A stretch of DNA of 64,000 nt, from contig OZ024759.1 of assembly GCA_964016885.1 (NCBI GenBank), positions 1,736,001 through 1,800,000 of the forward strand, in the 5' to 3' direction. This DNA comes from Eledone cirrhosa (Eukaryota). Shown in pieces: positions 29,701 through 44,600 of this stretch. Position 1 is the first letter of the stretch, and each line of letters begins with the position of its first letter. The notes under the pieces are model-generated. The model saw only the letters and a list, made by a program, of their open reading frames with translations, was not told where the DNA came from and searched no databases. The translations under genes were made by a program, and so were the position numbers.

Positions 29701-32700
29701 CAGTCTATATTAGTAACATGACACAGTCTATATTAGTAACATGACAAAGTCTACATTAGTAACATGACAAAGTTTATATTAGTAACATGACAAAGTCTAT
29801 ATTAGTAAACTGACAAAGTCTATATTAGTAACATGACAAAGTCTTTATTAGTAACATGACACAGTCTATATTAGTAACATGACACAGTCTATATTAGTAA
29901 CATGACAAAGTCTATATTAGTAACATGACACAGTCTATATTAGTAACATGACACAGTCTATATTAGTAACATGACACAGTCTATATTAGTAACATGACAA
30001 AGTCTATATTAGTAACATGACAAAGTCTATATTAGTAACATGACAAAGTCTATATTAGTAGCATGACAAAGTCTGTATTAGTAACATGACAAAGTCTATA
30101 TTAGTAACATGACAAAGTCTGTATTAGTAACATGACAAAGTCTATATTAGTAACATGACACAGTCTATATTAGTAACATGACAAAGTCTATATTAGTAGC
30201 ATGACAAAGTCTATATTAGTAACATGACAAAGTCTATATTAGTAACATGACAAAGTCTATATTAGTAACATGACAAAGTCTATATTAGTAACATGACAAA
30301 GTCTATATTAGTAACATGACAAAGTCTATATTAGTAACATGACACAGTCTATATTAGTAACATGACAGTCTATATTAGTAACATGACAGTCTACATTAGT
30401 AACATGACACAGTCTATATTAGTAACATGACAAAGTCGATATTAGTAACATGACAATGTCTATATTAGTAACATGACAAAGTCTATATTAGTAACATGAC
30501 ACAGTCTATATTACTAACATGACACAGTCTATATTAGTAACATGACACAGTCTATATTAGTAACATGACAAAGTCTATATTAGTAACATGACAAAGTCTA
30601 TATTAGTAACATGACAAAGTCTATATTAGTAACATGACACAGTCTATAGTAGTAACATGACACAGTCTATATTAGTAGCATGACACAGTCCATATTAGTA
30701 ACATGATACAGTCTATATTAGTAACATGACAAAGTCTATATTAGTAACATGACAAAGTCTATATTAGTAAAATGACAAAGTCTATATTAGTAACATGACA
30801 AAGTCTTTATTAGTAACATGACACAGTCTATATTAGTAACATGACACAGTCTATATTAGTAACATGACAAAGTTTATATTAGTAACATGACAAAGTCTAT
30901 ATTAGTAACATGACAAAGTCTATATTAGTAACATGACAAAGTCTATATTAGTAACATGACACAGTCTATATTAGTAACATGACACAGTCTAGATTAGTAA
31001 CATGACACAGTCTATATTAGTAACATGAGACAGTCTATATTAGTAGCATGACAAAGTCTATATTAGTAACATGACACAGTCTACATTAGTAACATGACAA
31101 AGTCTATATTAGTAACATGACACAGTCTATATTAGTAACATGAGACAGTCTATATTAGTAACATGACAAAGTCTATATTAGTAACATGACACAGTCTATA
31201 TTAGTAACATGACAAAGTCTATATTAGTAACATGACAAAGTCTATATTAGTAACATGACAAAGTCTATATTAGTAACATGACAAAGTCTATATTAGTAGC
31301 ATGACACAGTCTATATTAGTAACATGACACAGTCTATATTAGTAACATGACACAGTCTATATTATTAACATGACAAAGTCTATATGAGTAACATTACACA
31401 GTCTATATTAGTAACATGAGTCAGTCTATATTAGTAACATGACTAAGTCTATATTAGTAACATGACACAGTCTATATTAGTAACATGACACAGTCTATAT
31501 TAGTAACATGACAAAGTATATATTAGTTACATGACAAAGTCTATATTAGTAACATGACAAAGTCTATATTAGTAACATGACACAGTCTATATTAGTAACA
31601 TGACGAAGTCTATATTAGTAACATGACACAGTCTATATTAGTAACATGACACAGTCTATATTAGTAACATGAAAAAGTCTATATTAGTAACATGACAAAG
31701 TCTATATTAGTAACATGACAAAGTCTATATTAGTAACATGACAAAGTCTATATTAGTAGCATGACACAGTCTATATTAGCAACATGACAAAGTCTATATT
31801 AGTAACATGACACAGTCTATATTAGTAACATGACACAGTCTATATTAGTAACATGACACAGTCTATATTAGTAACATGACAAAGACTACATTAGTAACAT
31901 GACAAAGTCTATATTAGTAACATGACAAGGTCTATATTAGTAACATGACACAGTCTATATTAGTAGCATGACACAGTCTATATTAGTAACATGATACAGT
32001 CTATATTAGTAACATGACAAAGTCTATATTAGTAACATGACACAGTCTATATTAGTAACATGACAGTCTATATTAGTAACATGACAGTCTACATTAGTAA
32101 CATGACACAGTCTATATTAGTAACATGACAAAGTCGATATTAGTAACATGACAATGTCTATATTAGTAACATGACAAAGTCTATATTAGTAACATGACAC
32201 AGTCTATATTACTAACATGACACAGTCTATATTAGTAACATGACAAAGTCTATATTAGTAACATGACACAGTCTATATTAGTAACATGACACAGTCTATA
32301 TTAGTAACATAACAAAGTCTACATTAGTAACATGACAAAGTCTATATTAGTAACATGACAAGGTCTATATTAGTAACATGACACAGTCTATATTAGTAGC
32401 ATGACACAGTCTATATTAGTAACATGATACAGTCTATATTAGTAACATGACAAAGTCTATATTAGTAACATGACACAGTCTATATTAGTAACATGACAGT
32501 CTATATTAGTAACATGACAGTCTACATTAGTAACATGACACAGTCTATATTAGTAACATGACACAGTCTAGATTAGTAACATGACACAGTCTATATTAGT
32601 AACATGAGACAGTCTATATTAGTAGCATGACAAAGTCTATATTAGTAACATGACACAGTCTACATTAGTAACATGACAAAGTCTATATTAGTAACATGAC

Positions 32701-33939
32701 ACAGTCTATATTAGTAACATGAGACAGTCTATATTACTAACATGACAAAGTCTATATTAGTAACATGACACAGTCTATATTAGTAACATGACACAGTCTA
32801 TATTAGTAACATGACAAAGTCTATATTAGTAACATGACACAGTCTATATTAGTAACATGACGAAGTCTATATTAGTAACATGACACAGTCTATATTAGTA
32901 ACATGACACAGTCTATATTAGTAACATGAAAAAGTCTCTATTAGTAACATGACAAAGTCTATATTAGTAACATGACAAAGTCTATATTAGTAACATGACA
33001 AAGTCTATATTAGTAGCATGACACAGTCTATATTAGCAACATGACAAAGTCTATATTAGTAACATGACACAGTCTATATTAGTAGCATGACAAAGTCTGT
33101 ATTAGTAACATGACAAAGTCTATATTAGTAACATGACAAAGTCTATATTAGTAACATGACAAAGTCTATATTAGTAACATGACAAAGTCTATATTAGTAA
33201 CATGACACAGTCTATATTAGTAACATGACAGTCTATATTAGTAACATGACAGTCTACATTAGTAACATGACACAGTCTATATTAGTAACATGACAAAGTC
33301 GATATTAGTAACATGACAATGTCTATATTAGTAACATGACAAAGTCTATATTAGTAACATGACACAGTCTATATTAGTAACATGACAAAGTCTATATTAG
33401 TAACATGACAAAGTCTATATTAGTAACATGACAAAGTCTATATTAGTAACATGACACAGTCTATATTAGCAACATGACACAGTCTATATTAGTAGCATGA
33501 CACAGTCCATATTAGTAACATGATACAGTCTATATTAGTAACATGACAAAGTCTATATTAGTAACATGACAAAGTCTATATTAGTAAAATGACAAAGTCT
33601 ATATTAGTAACATGACAAAGTCTTTATTAGTAACATGACACAGTCTATATTAGTAACATGACACAGTCTATATTAGTAACATGACAATGTCTATATTAGT
33701 AACATGACAAAGTCTATATTAGTAACATGACAAAGTCTATATTAGTAACATGACAAAGTCTATATTAGTAACATGACACAGTCTATATTAGTAACATGAC
33801 ACAGTCTAGATTAGTAACATGACACAGTCTATATTAGTAACATGAGACAGTCTATATTAGTAGCATGACAAAGTCTATATTAGTAGCATGACACAGTCTA
33901 TATTAGTAACATGACACAGTCTATATTAGTAACATGACA
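23711..33939. repeat. Block duplication of about 4.6 kb at offset 5,634 (about 23711-28305 and 29345-33939)
   Basis: GTAAACTGAC at 24171/29805, TGAGTAACATTAC at 25751/31385, AAAG-ACTAC at 26251/31885 and TCTCTATT at 27301/32935 are all 5,634 apart. Confidence 0.92.
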
Positions 33940-35699
33940 CAGTCTATATTAGTAACATGAAAAAGTCTATATTAGTAACATGACAAAGTCTATATTAGTA
34001 ACATGACAAAGTCTATATTAGTAACATGACAAAGTCTATATTAGTAGCATGACACAGTCTATATTAGCAACATGACAAAGTCTATATTAGTAACATGACA
34101 CAGTCTATATTAGTAACATGACACAGTCTATATTAGTAACATGACACAGTCTATATTAGTAACATGACAAAGTCTACATTAGTAACATGACAAAGTCTAT
34201 ATTAGTAACATGACAAGGTCTATATTAGTAACATGACACAGTCTATATTAGTAGCATGACACAGTCTATATTAGTAACATGATACAGTCTATATTAGTAA
34301 CATGACAAAGTCTATATTAGTAACATGACACAGTCTATATTAGTAACATGACAGTCTATATTAGTAACATGACAGTCTACATTAGTAACATGACACAGTC
34401 TATATTAGTAACATGACAAAGTCGATATTAGTAACATGACAATGTCTATATTAGTAACATGACAAAGTCTATATTAGTAACATGACACAGTCTATATTAC
34501 TAACATGACACAGTCTATATTAGTAACATGACAAAGTCTATATTAGTAACATGACACAGTCTATATTAGTAACATGACACAGTCTATATTAGTAACATGA
34601 CAAAGTCTACATTAGTAACATGACAAAGTCTATATTAGTAACATGACAAGGTCTATATTAGTAACATGACACAGTCTATATTAGTAGCATGACACAGTCT
34701 ATATTAGTAACATGATACAGTCTATATTAGTAACATGACAAAGTCTATATTAGTAACATGACACAGTCTATATTAGTAACATGACAGTCTATATTAGTAA
34801 CATGACAGTCTACATTAGTAACATGACACAGTCTATATTAGTAACATGACACAGTCTAGATTAGTAACATGACACAGTCTATATTAGTAACATGAGACAG
34901 TCTATATTAGTAGCATGACAAAGTCTATATTAGTAACATGACACAGTCTACATTAGTAACATGACAAAGTCTATATTAGTAACATGACACAGTCTATATT
35001 AGTAACATGAGACAGTCTATATTACTAACATGACAAAGTCTATATTAGTAACATGACACAGTCTATATTAGTAACATGACACAGTCTATATTAGTAACAT
35101 GACAAAGTCTATATTAGTAACATGACACAGTCTATATTAGTAACATGACGAAGTCTATATTAGTAACATGACACAGTCTATATTAGTAACATGACACAGT
35201 CTATATTAGTAACATGAAAAAGTCTCTATTAGTAACATGACAAAGTCTATATTAGTAACATGACAAAGTCTATATTAGTAACATGACAAAGTCTATATTA
35301 GTAGCATGACACAGTCTATATTAGCAACATGACAAAGTCTATATTAGTAACATGACACAGTCTATATTAGTAGCATGACAAAGTCTGTATTAGTAACATG
35401 ACAAAGTCTATATTAGTAACATGACACAGTCTATATTATTAACATGACAAAGTCTATATTAGTAACATGACACAGTCTATATTAGTAACATGACACAGTC
35501 TATATTAGTAACATGACAGTCTATATTAGTAACATGACAGTCTACATTAGTAACATGACACAGTCTATATTAGTAACATGACAAAGTCGATATTAGTAAC
35601 ATGACAATGTCTATATTAGTAACATGACAAAGTCTATATTAGTAACATGACACAGTCTATATTAGTAACATGACAAAGTCTATATTAGTAACATGACAA

Positions 35700-38600
35700 A
35701 GTCTATATTAGTAACATGACAAAGTCTATATTAGTAACATGACACAGTCTATATTAGCAACATGACACAGTCTATATTAGTAGCATGACACAGTCCATAT
35801 TAGTAACATGATACAGTCTATATTAGTAACATGACAAAGTCTATATTAGTAACATGACAAAGTCTATATTAGTAAAATGACAAAGTCTATATTAGTAACA
35901 TGACAAAGTCTTTATTAGTAACATGACACAGTCTATATTAGTAACATGACACAGTCTATATTAGTAACATGACAATGTCTATATTAGTAACATGACAAAG
36001 TCTATATTAGTAACATGACAAAGTCTATATTAGTAACATGACAAAGTCTATATTAGTAACATGACACAGTCTATATTAGTAACATGACACAGTCTAGATT
36101 AGTAACATGACACAGTCTATATTAGTAACATGAGACAGTCTATATTAGTAGCATGACAAAGTCTATATTAGTAGCATGACACAGTCTATATTAGTAACAT
36201 GACACAGTCTATATTAGTAACATGACACAGTCTATATTAGTAACATGAAAAAGTCTATATTAGTAACATGACAAAGTCTATATTAGTAACATGACAAAGT
36301 CTATATTAGTAACATGACAAAGTCTATATTAGTAGCATGACACAGTCTATATTAGCAACATGACAAAGTCTATATTAGTAACATGACACAGTCTATATTA
36401 GTAACATGACACAGTCTATATTAGTAACATGACACAGTCTATATTAGTAACATGACAAAGTCTACATTAGTAACATGACAAAGTCTATATTAGTAACATG
36501 ACAAGGTCTATATTAGTAACATGACACAGTCTATATTAGTAGCATGACACAGTCTATATTAGTAACATGATACAGTCTATATTAGTAACATGACAAAGTC
36601 TATATTAGTAACATGACACAGTCTATATTAGTAACATGACAGTCTATATTAGTAACATGACAGTCTACATTAGTAACATGACACAGTCTATATTAGTAAC
36701 ATGACAAAGTCGATATTAGTAACATGACAATGTCTATATTAGTAACATGACAAAGTCTATATTAGTAACATGACACAGTCTATATTACTAACATGACACA
36801 GTCTATATTAGTAACATGACAAAGTCTATATTAGTAACATGACACAGTCTATATTAGTAACATGACACAGTCTATATTAGTAACATGACAAAGTCTACAT
36901 TAGTAACATGACAAAGTCTATATTAGTAACATGACAAGGTCTATATTAGTAACATGACACAGTCTATATTAGTAGCATGACACAGTCTATATTAGTAACA
37001 TGATACAGTCTATATTAGTAACATGACAAAGTCTATATTAGTAACATGACACAGTCTATATTAGTAACATGACAGTCTATATTAGTAACATGACAGTCTA
37101 CATTAGTAACATGACACAGTCTATATTAGTAACATGACACAGTCTAGATTAGTAACATGACACAGTCTATATTAGTAACATGAGACAGTCTATATTAGTA
37201 GCATGACAAAGTCTATATTAGTAACATGACACAGTCTACATTAGTAACATGACAAAGTCTATATTAGTAACATGACACAGTCTATATTAGTAACATGAGA
37301 CAGTCTATATTAGTAACATGACAAAGTCTATATTAGTAACATGACACAGTCTATATTAGTAACATGACACAGTCTATATTAGTAACATGACAAAGTCTAT
37401 ATTAGTAACATGACACAGTCTATATTAGTAACATGACGAAGTCTATATTAGTAACATGACACAGTCTATATTAGTAACATGACACAGTCTATATTAGTAA
37501 CATGAAAAAGTCTATATTAGTAACATGACAAAGTCTATATTAGTAACATGACAAAGTCTATATTAGTAACATGACAAAGTCTATATTAGTAGCATGACAC
37601 AGTCTATATTAGCAACATGACAAAGTCTATATTAGTAACATGACACAGTCTATATTAGTAGCATGACAAAGTCTGTATTAGTAACATGACAAAGTCTATA
37701 TTAGTAACATGACAAAGTCTATATTAGTAACATGACAAAGTCTATATTAGTAACATGACACAGTCTATATTAGTAACATAACAAAGTCTATATTAGTAGC
37801 ATGACAAAGTCTATATTAGTGACATGACAAAGTCTATATTAGTAACATGACAAAGTCTATATTAGTAACATGACAAAGTCTATATTAGTAACATGACAAA
37901 GTCGATATTAGTAACATGACAAAGTCTATATTAGTAACATGACACAGTATATATTAGTAACATGACAGTCTATATTAGTAACATGACAGTCTACATTAGT
38001 AACATGACACAGTCTATATTAGTAACATGACAAAGTCGATATTAGTAACATGACAATGTCTATATTAGTAACATGACACAGTCTATATTAGTAACATGAC
38101 ACAGTCTATATTACTAACATGACACAGTCTATATTAGTAACATGACACAGTCTATATTAGTAACATGACAAAGTCTATATTAGTAACATGACAAAGTCTA
38201 TATTAGTAACATGACAAAGTCTATATTAGTAACATGACAAAGTCTATATTAGTAACATGACACAGTCTATATTAGTAACATGACACAGTCTATATTAGTA
38301 GCATGACACAGTCTATATTAGTAACATGACACAGTCTATATTAGTAACATGACACAGTCTATATTAGTAACATGACAAAGTCTATATTAGTAACATGACA
38401 AAGTCTATATTAGTAACATGACAGTCTATATTAGTAACATCACACAGTCTATATTAGTAACATGACAAAGTCTATATTAGTAACATGACAAAGTCTATAT
38501 TAGTAACATGAGACAGTCTATATTAGTAACATGACTAAGTCTATATTAGTAACATGACACAGTCTATATTAGTAACATGACACAGTCTATATTAGTAACA

Positions 38601-41600
38601 TGACAAAGTCTATATTAGTTACATGACAAAGTCTATATTAGTAACATGACAAAGTCTATATTAGTAACATGACACAGTCTATGTTAGTAACATGACGAAG
38701 TCTATATTAGTAACATGACACAGTCTATATTAGTAACATGACACAGTCTATATTAGTAACATGAAAAAGTCTATATTAGTAACATGACAAAGTCTATATT
38801 AGTAACATGACAAAGTCTATATTAGTAACATGACAAAGTCTATATTAGTAGCATGACACAGTCTATATTAGCAACATGACAAAGTATATATTAGTAACAT
38901 GACACAGTCTATATTAGTAACATGACACAGTCTATATTAGTAACATGACACAGTCTATATTAGTAACATGACAAAGTCTACATTAGTAACATGACAAAGT
39001 CTATATTAGTAACATGACAAGGTCTGTATTAGTAACATGACACAGTCTATATTAGTAGCATGACACAGTCTATATTAGTAACATGATACAGTCTATATTA
39101 GTAACATGACAAAGTCTATATTAGTAACATGACACAGTCTATATTAGTAACATGACACAGTCTATATTAGTAACATGACACAGTCTATATTAGTAACATG
39201 ACAAAGTCTATATTAGTAACATGACAAAGTCTATATTAGTAACATGACACAGTCTATATTAGTAGCATGACAAAGTCTGTATTAGTAACATGACAAAGTC
39301 TATATTAGTAAAATGACAAAGTCTGTATTAGTAACATGACAAAGTCTATAGTAGTAACATGACACAGTCTATATTAGTAACATGACAAAGTCTATATTAG
39401 TAGCATGACAAAGTCTATATTAGTAACATGACAAAGTCTATATTAGTAACATGACAAAGTCTATATTAGTAACATGACAAAGTCTATATTAGTAACATGA
39501 CAAAGTCTATATTAGTAACATGACAAAGTCTATATTAGTAACATGACACAGTCTATATTAGTAACATGACAGTCTATATTAGTAACATGACAGTCTACAT
39601 TAGTAACATGACACAGTCTATATTAGTAACATGACAAAGTCGATATTAGTAACATGACAATGTCTATATTAGTAACATGACAAAGTCTATATTAGTAACA
39701 TGACACAGTCTATATTACTAACATGACACAGTCTATATTAGTAACATGACACAGTCTATATTAGTAACATGACAAAGTCTATATTAGTAACATGACAAAG
39801 TCTATATTAGTAACATGACAAAGTCTATATTAGTAACATGACACAGTCTATATTAGTAAAATGACAAAGTCTATATTAGTAACATGACACAGTCTATATT
39901 AGTAACATGACAGTCTATATTAGTAACATGACAGTCTACATTAGTAACATGACACAGTCTACATTAGTAACATGACAAAGTCTATATTAGTAACATGACA
40001 CAGTCTATATTAGTAACATGAGACAGTCTATATTAGTAACATGACAAAGTCTATATTAGTAACATGACACAGTCTATATTAGTAACATGACACAGTCTAT
40101 ATTAGTAACATGACAAAGTCTATATTAGTAACATGACACAGTCTATATTAGTAACATGACGAAGTCTATATTAGTAACATGACACAGTCTATATTAGTAA
40201 CATGACACAGTCTATATTAGTAACATGAAAAAGTCTATATTAGTAACATGACAAAGTCTATATTAGTAACATGACAAAGTCTATATTAGTAACATGACAA
40301 AGTCTATATTAGTAGCATGACACAGTCTATATTAGCAACATGACAAAGTCTATATTAGTAACATGACACAGTCTATATTAGTAGCATGACAAAGTCTGTA
40401 TTAGTAACATGACAAAGTCTATATTAGTAACATGACAAAGTCTATATTAGTAACATGACAAAGTCTATATTAGTAACATGACACAGTCTATATTAGTAAC
40501 ATAACAAAGTCTATATTAGTAGCATGACAAAGTCTATATTAGTGACATGACAAAGTCTATATTAGTAACATGACAAAGTCTATATTAGTAACATGACAAA
40601 GTCTATATTAGTAACATGACAAAGTCGATATTAGTAACATGACAAAGTCTATATTAGTAACATGACACAGTATATATTAGTAACATGACAGTCTATATTA
40701 GTAACATGACAGTCTACATTAGTAACATGACACAGTCTATATTAGTAACATGACAAAGTCGATATTAGTAACATGACAATGTCTATATTAGTAACATGAC
40801 ACAGTCTATATTAGTAACATGACACAGTCTATATTACTAACATGACACAGTCTATATTAGTAACATGACACAGTCTATATTAGTAACATGACAAAGTCTA
40901 TATTAGTAACATGACAAAGTCTATATTAGTAACATGACAAAGTCTATATTAGTAACATGACAAAGTCTATATTAGTAACATGACACAGTCTATATTAGTA
41001 ACATGACACAGTCTATATTAGTAGCATGACACAGTCTATATTAGTAACATGACACAGTCTATATTAGTAACATGACACAGTCTATATTAGTAACATGACA
41101 AAGTCTATATTAGTAACATGACAAAGTCTATATTAGTAACATGACAGTCTATATTAGTAACATCACACAGTCTATATTAGTAACATGACAAAGTCTATAT
41201 TAGTAACATGACAAAGTCTATATTAGTAACATGAGACAGTCTATATTAGTAACATGACTAAGTCTATATTAGTAACATGACACAGTCTATATTAGTAACA
41301 TGACACAGTCTATATTAGTAACATGACAAAGTCTATATTAGTTACATGACAAAGTCTATATTAGTAACATGACAAAGTCTATATTAGTAACATGACACAG
41401 TCTATGTTAGTAACATGACGAAGTCTATATTAGTAACATGACACAGTCTATATTAGTAACATGACACAGTCTATATTAGTAACATGAAAAAGTCTATATT
41501 AGTAACATGACAAAGTCTATATTAGTAACATGACAAAGTCTATATTAGTAACATGACAAAGTCTATATTAGTAGCATGACACAGTCTATATTAGCAACAT

Positions 41601-44600
41601 GACAAAGTATATATTAGTAACATGACACAGTCTATATTAGTAACATGACACAGTCTATATTAGTAACATGACACAGTCTATATTAGTAACATGACAAAGT
41701 CTACATTAGTAACATGACAAAGTCTATATTAGTAACATGACAAGGTCTGTATTAGTAACATGACACAGTCTATATTAGTAGCATGACACAGTCTATATTA
41801 GTAACATGATACAGTCTATATTAGTAACATGACAAAGTCTATATTAGTAACATGACACAGTCTATATTAGTAACATGACACAGTCTATATTAGTAACATG
41901 ACACAGTCTATATTAGTAACATGACAAAGTCTATATTAGTAACATGACAAAGTCTATATTAGTAACATGACACAGTCTATATTAGTAGCATGACAAAGTC
42001 TGTATTAGTAACATGACAAAGTCTATATTAGTAACATGACAAAGTCTGTATTAGTAACATGACAAAGTCTATAGTAGTAACATGACACAGTCTATATTAG
42101 TAACATGACAAAGTCTATATTAGTAGCATGACAAAGTCTATATTAGTAACATGACAAAGTCTATATTAGTAACATGACAAAGTCTATATTAGTAACATGA
42201 CAAAGTCTATATTAGTAACATGACAAAGTCTATATTAGTAACATGACAAAGTCTATATTAGTAACATGACACAGTCTATATTAGTAACATGACAGTCTAT
42301 ATTAGTAACATGACAGTCTACATTAGTAACATGACACAGTCTATATTAGTAACATGACAAAGTCGATATTAGTAACATGACAATGTCTATATTAGTAACA
42401 TGACAAAGTCTATATTAGTAACATGACACAGTCTATATTACTAACATGACACAGTCTATATTAGTAACATGACACAGTCTATATTAGTAACATGACAAAG
42501 TCTATATTAGTAACATGACAAAGTCTATATTAGTAACATGACAAAGTCTATATTAGTAACATGACACAGTCTATATTAGTAACATGACACAGTCTAGATT
42601 AGTAACATGACACAGTCTATATTAGTAACATGAGACAGTCTATATTAGTAGCATGACAAAGTCTATATTAGTAACATGACACAGTCTACATTAGTAACAT
42701 GACAAAGTCTATATTAGTAACATGACACAGTCTATATTAGTAACATGAGACAGCCTATATTAGTAACATGACAAAGTCTATATTAGTAACATGACACAGT
42801 CTATATTAGTAACATGACAAAGTCTATATTAGTAACATGACAAAGTCTATATTAGTAACATGACAAAGTCTATATTAGTAACATGACAAAGTCTATATTA
42901 GTAGCATGACACAGTCTATATTAGTAACATGACACAGTCTATATTAGTAACATGACACAGTCTATATTATTAACATGACAAAGTCTATATTAGTAACATG
43001 ACACAGTCTATATTAGTAACATGAGTCAGTCTATATTAGTAACATGACTAAGTCTATATTAGTAACATGACACAGTCTATATTAGCAACATGACAAAGTC
43101 TATATTAGTAACATGACACAGTCTATATTAGTAACATGACACAGTCTATATTAGTAACATGACACAGTCTATATTAGTAACATGACAAAGTCTACATTAG
43201 TAACATGACAAAGTCTATATTAGTAACATGACAAGGTCTATATTAGTAACATGACACAGTCTATATTAGTAGCATGACACAGTCTATATTAGTAACATGA
43301 TACAGTCTATATTAGTAACATGACAAAGTCTATATTAGTAACATGACACAGTCTATATTAGTAACATGACAGTCTATATTAGTAACATGACAGTCTACAT
43401 TAGTAACATGACACAGTCTATATTAGTAACATGACAAAGTCGATATTATTAACATGACAATGTCTATATTAGTAACATGACAAAGTCTATATTAGTAACA
43501 TGACACAGTCTATATTACTAACATGACACAGTCTATATTAGTAACATGACAAAGTCTATATTAGTAACATGACACAGTCTATATTAGTAACATGACAAAG
43601 TCTACATTAGTAACATGACAAAGTCTATATTAGTAACATGACAAGGTCTATATTAGTAACATGACACAGTCTATATTAGTAGCATGACACAGTCTATATT
43701 AGTAACATGATACAGTCTATATTAGTAACATGACAAAGTCTATATTAGTAACATGACACAGTCTATATTAGTAACATGACAGTCTATATTAGTAACATGA
43801 CAGTCTACATTAGTAACATGACACAGTCTATATTAGTAACATGACACAGTCTAGATTAGTAACATGACACAGTCTATATTAGTAACATGAGACAGTCTAT
43901 ATTAGTAGCATGACAAAGTCTATATTAGTAACATGACACAGTCTACATTAGTAACATGACAAAGTCTATATTAGTAACATGACACAGTCTATATTAGTAA
44001 CATGAGACAGTCTATATTAGTAACATGACAAAGTCTATATTAGTAACATGACACAGTCTATATTAGTAACATGACAAAGTCTATATTAGTAACATGACAA
44101 GGTCTATATTAGTAACATGACAAAGTCTATATTAGTAACATGACAAAGTCTATATTAGTAGCATGACACAGTCTATATTAGTAACATGACACAGTCTATA
44201 TTAGTAACATGACACAGTCTATATTATTAGCATGACAAAGTCTATATTAGTAACATGACACAGTCTATATTAGTAACATGAGACAGTCTATATTAGTAAC
44301 ATGACAAAGTCTATATTAGTAACATGACACAGTCTATATTAGCAACATGACACAGTCTATATTAGTAGCATGACACAGTCCATATTAGTAACATGATACA
44401 GTCTATATTAGTAACATGACAAAGTCTATATTAGTAACATGACAAAGTCTATATTAGTAAAATGACAAAGTCTATATTAGTAACATGACAAAGTCTTTAT
44501 TAGTAACATGACACAGTCTATATTAGTAACATGACACAGTCTATATTAGTAACATGACAATGTCTATATTAGTAACATGACAAAGTCTATATTAGTAACA

